64,000 nucleotides of DNA from a virus (lineage: Duplodnaviria > Caudoviricetes): the IMG/VR virus record IMGVR_UViG_3300017700_000721, positions 1 through 64,000 of that record, one strand, 5' to 3'. Both the position numbers and the translations under genes were made by a program. Shown here in pieces: positions 32,761 to 42,161 of this stretch; within the stretch, counting starts at the first letter, position 1; each line of letters begins with the position of its first letter. A model generated the notes under the pieces. That model was not told the origin of the DNA. It searched no databases and was given only the letters and a program-made list of their open reading frames with translations.

Positions 32761-35700
32761 TTACTCCGCTGCAACTAGCTCGTGCCCAACGTCGATCGCC
32801 TGCAGCTGGCGTGTGAAGAACACGTCCATATCTACAGGATAGTTGATGTCGAGGCCGTTGTCGGCTACAAGCGAGATACCCGACTTCAGCTTCTCGCCTC
32901 GGAAGAGGTCCATCTCAAGCGGCCCGCCAGTCACAGAACAGGTCTGCACTTCACCCGCAAGGGCTGCGAAGACGTCGGTTTCGCCCGTCTCCTTCGCCAG
33001 CTGCAGGTAGCCGTCGCAATAAATGGGGTAAGCCTTCCAGCTGAAACCCTTTCGGCCGGTGACTGCCTCCAGCATGGCCATCGGATTGTAGTTACCCGAG
33101 ATCACCATTCGCACAAGGGTGCCGCGCTGGTCAGGCATCCACTGGTAGGTTACCTGGCGGACGTCCTTCGCTCCGAGAGCCTGCTCGATGGTGACGAACA
33201 CACCCTTGCCCTGGGTCTTCTTGATCTTGATCTGACCTAGCTTGCCTTCGTACTTGCGCTCGAAATAACGCTCGATGTCACCTCGAATACGGGCGTGACT
33301 CATACCCGAGTTCGGGATGAACATCGAGTAGATGGCATAGTCCACGTCGTTTCGCAGGACGGTAAGATGAGTGTCCATGCGAATGTCGATGATCTCGCCT
33401 TCCCTGATGTAGGTGTTAGCCTCGGCGATCATCCCGCGGAGCTCGCTCTCTGAGACAGGGCTCGAGAGCGAGAAGTCATAGATGTTGTGCCCGAAGGTCC
33501 AGTCCTTCGCCATGTTGGCACCAGCCGCAATGCGCGCATGCCCAATCGAGCCCACGAAAGCATCGTTGAACTTCTTGGACACGTTCATCAGGGCGCGGGG
33601 GATCTGGTACTGGAAGTAGCCCTTCATGACGAACCTGTAGATCGGGTCCGTTGTCCGGAAAAGCACTCGAAGGTGATAGCTCTTTTCGCGAGACTGGGCG
33701 GCGGCCGAGATCTTCTCGGTCGGGATGGTCGGTGCAACTCGGCGGCCTACAATGGCCTTGATAAGGGCAGTGTTAGGCTTACCATCCTTGTCCGGGTCAC
33801 AGGCGCCGCACTCGTTGACATGGCAAACACCCTTGATCGTCCGGGTGCTGAGGCAATAAGCCACACCCTGGTAAGCAACTGCCTTCACGTAGCCGCGCCA
33901 AAGGATCTCCTTCGAGGTCGAGTAAGCGATGTCTTCCCACGGGAAGATGTACTCGAAGGACTTCTCGCCCCAGGTGATCTCCAAGTCAATATTCGGGTCG
34001 CGCTTGACACGCTCAGCCCACCTGGTCCAAGTTCCCTTCGGGACGTTACCGTAGAAGCGGAAGCCGTCCTTGAAGTGCGACTGGATCAGAAGGCCGGTGA
34101 TGTTGCGACCACCGTGGTTAATGGTGTTCGAGACAAGGGGCTCCTCTCCGGAGACGGAAAGACGACGACCCCAGCCCAGCTCTTTTGCTCTTCCGAAGAG
34201 CTTATCCAGACTGCGGGTGCCATGCATGATCGCAGCATTGCAGGGAGCAAACTGGAGGGCAGTGAAAGCAGAAGGGAAGAGCGGGGTGAATGAAACACGA
34301 AAACGGGTCGAAGCTCCCAGCTTTTGTCGGAGGGCATTGACTTTCTCCATCAAGGAGCAGAACTCCTGGACGTCGTGATCCTGCTCGAGCCCGGTCACGA
34401 TCTGGAAGAACTTGAGCTCACCTGCCCCTTCCTTCATCATCTCGGCCGCACACATCAAGATCTCCCACTCCTGGAGGTTCTTGTTGAGGTAGGCTCGGGT
34501 GCGGCCGCTGATGCCCTCGACGCCGAGGGTAAAGTTGGACTTCTTCAGCCAACGCTGAACCTTGACCTGCTCCGGCGTCTCGGCCAGCATGTCAATACGC
34601 TGGGAGATCAAGCCCACCTTGTAACCGCGCTTAACGCTCTCGGCCACGAGGGGGAAGAAGTCGGAATACTGGTTGAAGTTCAGCGAGAAGAAGCTGACTT
34701 CCTTGGTACCTTGGTTGCGTGTGGCGTTGTCGAGGGCGTCCATCACCTTCCCGAGCGAACGCTCCCGGTAGGGGCCCTCAGACCCTTCTCGGCAGAAAGA
34801 GCAAGCACCCCAACCGGCAGATCCAATGCAGCCAACGGAGCCTGCGATAGCCACATCGACTGACGCACCGTCTCCTGTGTAAGGGAGAATCTTCTGCTCA
34901 AGGGTTCGCACGGTGTCGAGGTTATCGACGTTCGACCGCGTGACGGGAAACTGAGCATAGTCACAGCCTTCCTTCCGACGGATGGAAGTTATCGAGCCCT
35001 TACCGTCGAACTCGTGGACGTAGCAATCCGGCTCGTAAAAGCCCATCACTCGTCCGTGGCAGTTGCGGAGGATCTCCCGCTTGGACCAGCCCTTCTGCTT
35101 GCCCTCACGGACAATACGCATGAACTCCTTACCCGCTTCCTCGCCATCGCCGTAGATCACGGCGTCTACCAAGGTCGAGTATTTTGTCCCATCCGAGGCA
35201 ATAAACTCCCCGGCCAGGGGCGCGGTCGTTCCGGAATTGGCTCCACCGACGAGGATAATCGGAATGTCCTCGCGCTCCATCCGCTGCTCCTTGAAGAGCG
35301 GGATGCCCGAGTCGTGAAGCAACGGCACGAAGTTTAGCTGCTCCATCGACACGGCATGGGTGATTGAAAGAACATCGAAGCGATGAGCCTTCAACTTGGT
35401 TCCAACACCAAACCAGACCGGAAAGTTGTTCTCCAGAAGGAGACGATAGTCGTTCGGCTTGGGAAGGAAGGCCAGGTCGCAGAAGGTGTAATCCTCCTCG
35501 CCGTAGATCTGCGCCATCAGCGAGTGCGACATCGAGAGACTCACACTCTCGTAGGTCGATAGCCGGGCGATCAAGATCCGGACTTCAGCGCTCTGGTAAC
35601 GCTCCATGTCAGGGCTGTTCGCTTCGCCTCCGATGTAGGCGTACGGGCTGTCGAATTTGTGGAGGTTGTTTCGGAAGAAATCGAGGAGGGGCGGACCGTC

Positions 35701-35934
35701 CAGAACCGGCTTCGGGTTCAGGATGAAGTGCTCATCCATTTCCTTCTCGTCCTGCAGCTGCAGGAAGTCACGGGTGTTTCCGCCCGTTAGAAATGTTCCT
35801 TCGATCTGGTTTTCCTCGGAGGTCATCGCCTGTTCGAGCGCTGACATCTCCTCGTACAAATCCTCGTTGACCTCCTCGACCGGGGTGGCGTTCACTTCGA
35901 GGGCGTCCACTGAGGGCTTGTCGGTCATATACAA
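32761..35934 (-). CDS. Large radical SAM protein (TIGR03960-like, with radical-SAM-linked C-terminal region)
   Basis: DLAFLP, FDVL, PIILVGG, DAVIYGDGEE, GC-X8-CSFC, C-terminal C..C....CGAC. Confidence 0.8.
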   Translation of the reverse strand: MYMTDKPSVDALEVNATPVEEVNEDLYEEMSALEQAMTSEENQIEGTFLTGGNTRDFLQLQDEKEMDEHFILNPKPVLDGPPLLDFFRNNLHKFDSPYAYIGGEANSPDMERYQSAEVRILIARLSTYESVSLSMSHSLMAQIYGEEDYTFCDLAFLPKPNDYRLLLENNFPVWFGVGTKLKAHRFDVLSITHAVSMEQLNFVPLLHDSGIPLFKEQRMEREDIPIILVGGANSGTTAPLAGEFIASDGTKYSTLVDAVIYGDGEEAGKEFMRIVREGKQKGWSKREILRNCHGRVMGFYEPDCYVHEFDGKGSITSIRRKEGCDYAQFPVTRSNVDNLDTVRTLEQKILPYTGDGASVDVAIAGSVGCIGSAGWGACSFCREGSEGPYRERSLGKVMDALDNATRNQGTKEVSFFSLNFNQYSDFFPLVAESVKRGYKVGLISQRIDMLAETPEQVKVQRWLKKSNFTLGVEGISGRTRAYLNKNLQEWEILMCAAEMMKEGAGELKFFQIVTGLEQDHDVQEFCSLMEKVNALRQKLGASTRFRVSFTPLFPSAFTALQFAPCNAAIMHGTRSLDKLFGRAKELGWGRRLSVSGEEPLVSNTINHGGRNITGLLIQSHFKDGFRFYGNVPKGTWTRWAERVKRDPNIDLEITWGEKSFEYIFPWEDIAYSTSKEILWRGYVKAVAYQGVAYCLSTRTIKGVCHVNECGACDPDKDGKPNTALIKAIVGRRVAPTIPTEKISAAAQSREKSYHLRVLFRTTDPIYRFVMKGYFQYQIPRALMNVSKKFNDAFVGSIGHARIAAGANMAKDWTFGHNIYDFSLSSPVSESELRGMIAEANTYIREGEIIDIRMDTHLTVLRNDVDYAIYSMFIPNSGMSHARIRGDIERYFERKYEGKLGQIKIKKTQGKGVFVTIEQALGAKDVRQVTYQWMPDQRGTLVRMVISGNYNPMAMLEAVTGRKGFSWKAYPIYCDGYLQLAKETGETDVFAALAGEVQTCSVTGGPLEMDLFRGEKLKSGISLVADNGLDINYPVDMDVFFTRQLQAIDVGHELVAAE

Positions 35935-36099
35935 CTCCAGATGAGAGGATTGGGGCTTGCCGCTTCCGCGTTAACCTTGTTTGGTTAACAAGGTGCCCGT
36001 TCCAGCTATCCAATACCAGTGGAGGTGCTCAGTAGCAAGGGCTTAAACCCACCTCCCTTCCACGTGTTCCCAAGTTACATCCCTCGTAATAGAGCTAGA

Positions 36100-36732
36100 T
36101 CAAGGCTTCTTGACTAAGTCAAAGGTCACTCCAGCCTTTGACTCTTTCGCCTCGTAATGGGCAGTGGCATGACGCACGAAGCCTTCCTGATGGGTGATCA
36201 TCAAGATACTAAACCCTAGCTCCCGACAGATCTTCTGGAGAAGGGCAGAGGCGTTCTCGTGGTACTGCACAGAGAGATGGGAAAGAGACTCGTCCAGCAT
36301 AAGGAAGCGCTTCTTCTTCAGGACGATGATCGTCACGACCCTGAGTAGTACGCCGGAGAGCACGAGGACTCCACCACCGAAGCTCTCAAGGAGAGGAGCA
36401 CTCTTTCCGTTGTGGTAGAGCTCGAACTTCATGCTGGTCTTGCCGCGGTATTTGTCCACCACGGTCTTAAATTCCAGCTTCTGGTCGTAAAACACAGCCT
36501 TCAGTCCGGCTGTGACCAGCTTGTCGATGGTGTCTGTAGATTGGTTGAGGGCCTTAGCTGAGACAGCCTGGAGGGTGGCTTCCACCTTCTCCAAAAGGTC
36601 AACTTCTTTCGTCAAGGCTAGGTATTCAGCCTCCAAACGAAGAAGGTCGTCCTTCCGATCAGAGAGTTGCCGCTCCCTTACGGCAACCCCCTGCTCTAGT
36701 TCGACTAGCTTTTTGTCGATCTCCGGTATCAC
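36100..36732 (-). CDS. SbcC/Rad50-like ATPase, C-terminal half
   Basis: Coiled coil, FGGG signature, FLMLDESLSHL Walker B, MITHQ. Confidence 0.85.
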   Translation of the reverse strand: MIPEIDKKLVELEQGVAVRERQLSDRKDDLLRLEAEYLALTKEVDLLEKVEATLQAVSAKALNQSTDTIDKLVTAGLKAVFYDQKLEFKTVVDKYRGKTSMKFELYHNGKSAPLLESFGGGVLVLSGVLLRVVTIIVLKKKRFLMLDESLSHLSVQYHENASALLQKICRELGFSILMITHQEGFVRHATAHYEAKESKAGVTFDLVKKP

Positions 36733-37250
36733 TGGGTGACCAGGTCCGCCGTCTCGGTCAGGTCGGGCTCGGCGCCGGGTTCCGTCTTCTTCTTGGACTT
36801 CGACTTCGCGAAGGCCACGAGGAACTGACGGAGGTTCTTATGGTAGGCTCCGTGGCGTTCGAGCACTTCCTCGAACTCCTCGATTGAGTGCGTCTTGATG
36901 TAGGTCTTGGGTCGGCCGGCATCGTCGTACAGGATGTCCTGCTCGTCGTCGGGGTTCACCCGGAGACCGCAATGACCCAGCTCGTGGTCCATCAGGGCTT
37001 CCTTGAACTCGTCCGTCGCCGTCTCCCAGAGATCATAGGCAATCTCGATGATGAAGTCATAGGCGTGGATGGTTCGGTTCCGGTCGTCGACCTTGATGCA
37101 ACGACCGGCTATCACCTTGTCGTCGGAGATCGACGCTTCGGACCGAAACATGTACTGGATCTTGAGGTGACCCAGCATCGGACGGTGCTTGTTGATAATC
37201 TCTTTGCCGAGCTTCTCGAGGTCGGCGTCAATCCGATAGGTGATCGGCAT
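36729..37250 (-). CDS. Putative phage metallopeptidase
   Basis: DFII.I..D.W, ALMDHELGH, HSIEEF..V.ERHG. Confidence 0.8.
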   Translation of the reverse strand: MPITYRIDADLEKLGKEIINKHRPMLGHLKIQYMFRSEASISDDKVIAGRCIKVDDRNRTIHAYDFIIEIAYDLWETATDEFKEALMDHELGHCGLRVNPDDEQDILYDDAGRPKTYIKTHSIEEFEEVLERHGAYHKNLRQFLVAFAKSKSKKKTEPGAEPDLTETADLVTQ

Positions 37251-37259
37251 GGTGTCTCC

Positions 37260-37517
37260 TCAGAGAAGGCCTTCGCGGCTGAGCTTCTTCTCGATTGCGT
37301 TAATCACGTCTTTCCGGGAGGTTGAAAGATCCCACCGGAAACCTTGTGACCTGATACCTTGAAGGGCTGATCTTGTGAAGCCCTCCTCGTAGTCAGTCAG
37401 AACCTCGTCTCCGATCGCCGTCTCCGCTGCCTCGAGCACCCGTTTAGCTTCCGAGTGCTCGAGCGGAAGGATCTGACGAACAGAGCCGAAACCGACCTGT
37501 TCGCCGTTGCTACTCAA
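37260..37517 (-). CDS. Hypothetical protein
   Basis: Tiling ORF; start uncertain. Confidence 0.55.
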   Translation of the reverse strand: MSSNGEQVGFGSVRQILPLEHSEAKRVLEAAETAIGDEVLTDYEEGFTRSALQGIRSQGFRWDLSTSRKDVINAIEKKLSREGLL

Positions 37518-38799
37518 GGGAGACGTCTTCCAGGGCGCCTTCGGCCAGCTCGGTTGAGGACTCGGTTCCGTCGACACCTGCGTTGGTGACTGGAGTCTCC
37601 TTCGTGCGAGCCTTCTCGGCTGCCGCAGCGTCGGCCTTCTCCTTCTCGATCTGGGCGTCGGTCCGGAACGGGATCACGGTCACGACCTCACGGTCGTTTG
37701 TATGATCGCGAACCAGAAGCAGGTGCTTCTTCTGGATGATCGACAGGTCGACGACCGAGTCACCCTTGAAAACAGAGAGGGTGTCGTTGAGGTGCTTGAA
37801 GGACACCGGGAATGAGGTCGCGGTCGTTCCGGTGCGGCCGCACGAGCAGCGTTCGTAGGAGCGACGGCCGAGGCTGTTCTTCGAGGAGACCTCGAGGTAC
37901 TGCTCCGGCTTCTGGCCGTCCGCGTCGAAGATCACCTTGACTTCCTGGGAGTCGAGACCCAGGGCGACGCCGGCGATCATGGCCTGCAGGACCTTCTTGT
38001 CGATGGAGATCTCGTCGTCGGGGGTGCCGACAGCGGTGATCATGCCCTCGACCTGTGGGAAGTGGCGCTCAACCTTGCGGATGCCGAAGGTGAAGCCGTT
38101 CAGCTTACCCCGCATGTAGTAGTAGTTTTGGCCGTCGATGAGCTGGACGCTCTCGGCCTCGGTGTTCTTGATGGCCGTGATGACAGCGCTGAGGATCGCG
38201 GCCGGCACTTTGTAGGACAGGCTCTTGTCGAAGCCGTCATGGGAGTAAATCATGATCTTGCTGCCGTCCGACGACAGAACACGGCCGCCACGAAGCTCGA
38301 CATGTGTCACGTCGGGGCGGAGGTTGTTCGCTGTCGTGCAGCTCTTGGCGCAGGTGAGGGCTTCCTCGAAGGAGGAGCGGTCGATCGACGTGCCTTCCAT
38401 CGTAAGATGGTCCGAAACGCCTTGCTCGATCTGCTTGAGCGTCGCCGAGTCATAGAGGACCAGGTTGACAGTGAGAAGACCAGACTGAACTTCGAGACCT
38501 TCCTGGTCGGCCTTGAAATAGACCCGCTCGGCTTCGGTGCTGTTCACGAGGTTGATGAGCTTGGCGCCCATGACGCCGAAGGATCCGTCGACCGGCGTCT
38601 CTTCGGTCCGCGTGATCGGCTGTTCGGTACGGCAGAACATCTCCTTGCCGGAGGTGAACATCGTCAGCTTGTTGCCGGTGACGTTGAAACGAATGAGAAG
38701 GCCGGGAAGATCCGTCTTGAGGGAACCGAGGCCGTTGCGGACGAAGTTGACGCGCTGGCGCAACTCCTTCATCTCGACTGAGAAGTTCACGTCTGCCAC
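37510..38799 (-). CDS. dnaN: Sliding clamp (DNA polymerase III beta-like)
   Basis: Three-domain length, SSDGSKI (cf. ATDGHRL), FPQV, VIPFR near C-terminus; context with dnaX. Confidence 0.8.
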   Translation of the reverse strand: MADVNFSVEMKELRQRVNFVRNGLGSLKTDLPGLLIRFNVTGNKLTMFTSGKEMFCRTEQPITRTEETPVDGSFGVMGAKLINLVNSTEAERVYFKADQEGLEVQSGLLTVNLVLYDSATLKQIEQGVSDHLTMEGTSIDRSSFEEALTCAKSCTTANNLRPDVTHVELRGGRVLSSDGSKIMIYSHDGFDKSLSYKVPAAILSAVITAIKNTEAESVQLIDGQNYYYMRGKLNGFTFGIRKVERHFPQVEGMITAVGTPDDEISIDKKVLQAMIAGVALGLDSQEVKVIFDADGQKPEQYLEVSSKNSLGRRSYERCSCGRTGTTATSFPVSFKHLNDTLSVFKGDSVVDLSIIQKKHLLLVRDHTNDREVVTVIPFRTDAQIEKEKADAAAAEKARTKETPVTNAGVDGTESSTELAEGALEDVSLE

Positions 38800-38825
38800 G
38801 AATAGTCTCCTTGCTGCGTCATTGA

Positions 38826-39227
38826 TTAGCCGATGTCGATATCGTCGGCCGGGTTGGTCGGTTTCGGCGGAGGTTCAGCAGCCGGAGCTGGTGAGGTCTC
38901 GACGACGGTTGGTTCGGCCGAGGTCAAGATCTCTCCGATCGAGGTCGCCGTCGTTGGGGGTTCCACAGGGATGGTTCCCTTGAGTTTACCCTCAAACTCA
39001 TCCAGAGACGCGCGGGCCGACGTCATAAAGGACTCGATGTCCCCTTTGAGGCGCTGCATCTCTTCCTGAGGCTTGTCCGGGTCAACCCCGAGTAGGATAA
39101 GGTCGGCGCGGATCTTGTCTTTCCGCTCCAGGGTCGAGCGCTGCTGCTCGGTGAGCACGGCGTGCTGACGGATGAGGTTCTGATGCCTGTCCTGCAGGCC
39201 ACGGAACTCTTCTTCGGGGGTGGGCAT
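38826..39227 (-). CDS. Coiled-coil hypothetical protein
   Basis: 133 aa. Confidence 0.75.
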   Translation of the reverse strand: MPTPEEEFRGLQDRHQNLIRQHAVLTEQQRSTLERKDKIRADLILLGVDPDKPQEEMQRLKGDIESFMTSARASLDEFEGKLKGTIPVEPPTTATSIGEILTSAEPTVVETSPAPAAEPPPKPTNPADDIDIG

Positions 39228-39233
39228 TGCTTC

Positions 39234-40076
39234 TCATACCTTCGGGTTGGGATCCCCGAAGCCTACCTGGGTCGGGGTTACGTCGGTTACTTCTTCCTTG
39301 GCTTTGAAGGCGCTGCGGCAGACCTTGTTCCAGTTGCAGTTCCAACAACGGTCACGTTCCGGCCTGGCTTCAAGGTCACCCGGTATCCCCTTCTTCAGTT
39401 CTTCGAACAGGGGCTGGACAGATTTTACCTCGGTGTTGCCAAAATCGTATAGCGACTTGGGGGTCACGTCAACCGGCACGTAATCGTGGTTGAAGTAGAG
39501 TAGGCCACCGCCCGCTATTTTCCGGCCTGAGCTGGCTCGGTTAAGGGCGTAGTATTTGACTTGCCTCTCGTCAGCATTCTTTGCTGCGTGGCCCTTACCG
39601 TCGATGATAAAGTCGCCGGATTTTCCTTCTCTAAGGAAGTCCACCATTGCAAACATACGGAAGCCGTTGAAGACTCCGTTCAACATAACCTCGGACCTAA
39701 GCTCGAGGTTCAGCATGCCCAGGTCTCGCATGATCTTCATGCCGTTGAGTACCTGAAAACGAGTCCTCTTCTCGAGCTCGGCCTGGTCCATTCCGTAAGG
39801 ATAAGACGGCTGGAGCTCGTAGTTAAACCAGTGAGAGGCGAACACCCGGTCCACGATCTTCATCATGACCTCGGGTGTGTCGCACCCTGGCCGGAGGTTC
39901 ACCCTCTGATTAAAGTACTGCTCGAAGGTGTATTGGACGATCTTGCCCAGGGCCTGGTAAAAGTTGGTTCTGACCTTCCCTGTCGGACGCTTCTCGATCG
40001 CGTATTGCAGCGATAGAGGACATTCAAGGGCAAGGACTAGCTTTGACCACGAGACAGAGTGACGCCAATAAGTCAC
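39234..40076 (-). CDS. PD-(D/E)XK exonuclease (RecB/Cas4-like)
   Basis: SWS....ECP, VDF, IIDGK, Q..YY, C.NC....VC. Confidence 0.85.
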   Translation of the reverse strand: MTYWRHSVSWSKLVLALECPLSLQYAIEKRPTGKVRTNFYQALGKIVQYTFEQYFNQRVNLRPGCDTPEVMMKIVDRVFASHWFNYELQPSYPYGMDQAELEKRTRFQVLNGMKIMRDLGMLNLELRSEVMLNGVFNGFRMFAMVDFLREGKSGDFIIDGKGHAAKNADERQVKYYALNRASSGRKIAGGGLLYFNHDYVPVDVTPKSLYDFGNTEVKSVQPLFEELKKGIPGDLEARPERDRCWNCNWNKVCRSAFKAKEEVTDVTPTQVGFGDPNPKV

Positions 40077-41116
40077 TTCTTGTCGCCTTTTAGCTCGGCG
40101 GCCTGGATGTATTCAAGGGCACGCTTGCGAACCTCCTCAGAGGGTGCGACCTCGGATAATATATCGACGGGGTCGGCCGACTTGACTTCCGCCGAGGCCA
40201 GGGTGGTAATGAACTCGTCCATTTCCTTGCGCTCGGCTTTGATTTCGGCATGCTTTTCCAGGTCCAGTAAGTCCTCGATCGGGGGCATCTTGGGGCGGAG
40301 AAGGGTGAACTTCCGCTCGATCTTGCCGTCGACCTTAGATACCTCGATGAGGCATGCAGCGGGACGGCGATTGAGGTCATGACTGTGAGAGCCTGTGATA
40401 GACATTGAGCCTTGCGAGACGTAGTGGCGCCCGGCTACCTCGGCAACACCTTTGTCCTCGTGGTGGTGACCCACGCAGATGATGTCAGACTCTGACTCCT
40501 TGAAGAAGTCGAAGCCGTAAAGGGCCTCGCCGAAGAACTCGCCGGTCTGGGCCCCTAGCCAGAAATGACCCATTGTGATAAGGGTGTCGGCTCCGAGCTT
40601 CTTCTTGTCACGGATGTGTTGAGCCTGGCCGTGATGGTAGGAACCGCCTGCGATACGCACGGTGTGCCCGTCGCATTGATACAGGTAGTCGGCTCGGTCA
40701 AGGAGGTGATAGGCTCCGGCCTCGATGAGGACTTCGATCGGCTGGCCCTTGAGACCCGTCTCGAGGGAGCCGTATTTGATGTCGTGGTTCCCGGCTACGC
40801 CAAGGTTCTTGAGCGCCCCTTGGATTTGAACCTCTTTGAACTCCCGGATGGTCTTTGCGACTAGCCACAGGGGGTTGTTTCGAGGTTCCTTGAGGTGAAA
40901 AAGGTCCCCAGACCAAAGAATAGCGTCGACCTTTAGGCGAATAGCCGCCTGGAATACCTGGGATAGCATGCTGTCCAGGTGCTCAGGGTAAGGCACCTTG
41001 AAGGCTGGCGGTGACGAGGCTGCGATATGCGGATCGTTGATCTCGATCGCCCGGAAGGTGGTCGGATCCTTCGCTTCACATTTAACGGTGATCACCTCAG
41101 ACATGGACGTGATCAC
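40073..41116 (-). CDS. SbcD/Mre11-like metallophosphoesterase
   Basis: DPH, GDLFH, GNHD, GH.H. Confidence 0.9.
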   Translation of the reverse strand: MITSMSEVITVKCEAKDPTTFRAIEINDPHIAASSPPAFKVPYPEHLDSMLSQVFQAAIRLKVDAILWSGDLFHLKEPRNNPLWLVAKTIREFKEVQIQGALKNLGVAGNHDIKYGSLETGLKGQPIEVLIEAGAYHLLDRADYLYQCDGHTVRIAGGSYHHGQAQHIRDKKKLGADTLITMGHFWLGAQTGEFFGEALYGFDFFKESESDIICVGHHHEDKGVAEVAGRHYVSQGSMSITGSHSHDLNRRPAACLIEVSKVDGKIERKFTLLRPKMPPIEDLLDLEKHAEIKAERKEMDEFITTLASAEVKSADPVDILSEVAPSEEVRKRALEYIQAAELKGDKK

Positions 41117-42161
41117 CCTGGAATGCTCTCTGACACGTGGGACAGATACCCAACTTGGCTTCCAGCTCCAATCTCTTGGTGTCTGCGACAGCCATTTCCC
41201 TGAGGGTCAGGTCCAAGCCTTGCTCGATCATTTGTTCCTTGGTGGTGAGCTCGCTGTACTCGATGAGAGCTTTGAGCTCGACAAGGGAGGGGATGGTCTG
41301 GTGGTCAAACTCGACGGCTGCAGGAAGGGGTCGGGTGTGGAGAGTGAACAGCTCAAGGATCAAGGTGATGGCCTGACTGTTCTGCGGGGGAGACGGGAGC
41401 GGAGGAGGCTCGGGGAGAGGTCGAAGGAGGGAGAGGAGACGTTCGTACTCCTCGATCTCCCCCATCCTCTTGTAGGATTGCTCGATCTGGGTCTTGAGCT
41501 CGGCCGTCTCTCGCTGGAGGTCAATCAGCTGGGACCGAAGGGCTGGGACGTGGTCGAGCTCCTTCACTCGGGCTCGTTGGGTCTCGGTGTCCTCCCGACG
41601 GATGGCCTTGCGGTCCGTGTTCTCCTTCAGGTCCTTCTTCGCCTCTTTCTGGGCGTCGGTCACGATATCGGCTCGACCCAGGATCTTGAAGACCTCGGCT
41701 ACAGCCGTCTCGTTGGCTCCTATGAGAAAGATCTGGTCGAACTGACCTGCGACCTGGGGGCGGAACCGAGCGGTTGTGGTCTCAATCTCCGCTATGCCGT
41801 AGGGTGCGACGAGGTCCTTGTGGTCACGGCCGATCTTGGTGTGGACGTGGCCGTTGATCGCCAGGACTGGCTGGAGGTTGGGTGTCCGGGCCTGCGTCTT
41901 GACCTTCCGCCACTGAACTTTGAACTCACCCTGCCCATCCTCAATAACAATCGCTCCGCCTGCCCAAGCTTCTCCGTTCTTTATAAACGACTCGCCGGGG
42001 GCTCCGAAGAGCATGGCCGTTGCTGCCCTGATGAGGGCCGACTTGCCGATATTTGACTTGCCGGTCACGACGGTGAGGCCGCTGACTTCGATCTTCGCGT
42101 CGGCGATGGACTGGTAGTTGCGAACTCGGATCTTGGTTGAGGTCGGAGGAGGAGAGGTCAT
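41097..42161 (-). CDS. SbcC/Rad50-like ATPase, N-terminal half with zinc hook
   Basis: NYQSI, GKSNIGKS, Q-loop GQFD, coiled coil, terminal CPTC. Confidence 0.9.
   Translation of the reverse strand: MTSPPPTSTKIRVRNYQSIADAKIEVSGLTVVTGKSNIGKSALIRAATAMLFGAPGESFIKNGEAWAGGAIVIEDGQGEFKVQWRKVKTQARTPNLQPVLAINGHVHTKIGRDHKDLVAPYGIAEIETTTARFRPQVAGQFDQIFLIGANETAVAEVFKILGRADIVTDAQKEAKKDLKENTDRKAIRREDTETQRARVKELDHVPALRSQLIDLQRETAELKTQIEQSYKRMGEIEEYERLLSLLRPLPEPPPLPSPPQNSQAITLILELFTLHTRPLPAAVEFDHQTIPSLVELKALIEYSELTTKEQMIEQGLDLTLREMAVADTKRLELEAKLGICPTCQRAFQGDHVHV

Noticed and set aside
39234-40076. Cas4 as part of a CRISPR system
   Set aside because: No repeat-spacer array or other cas genes seen; sits in a recombination operon
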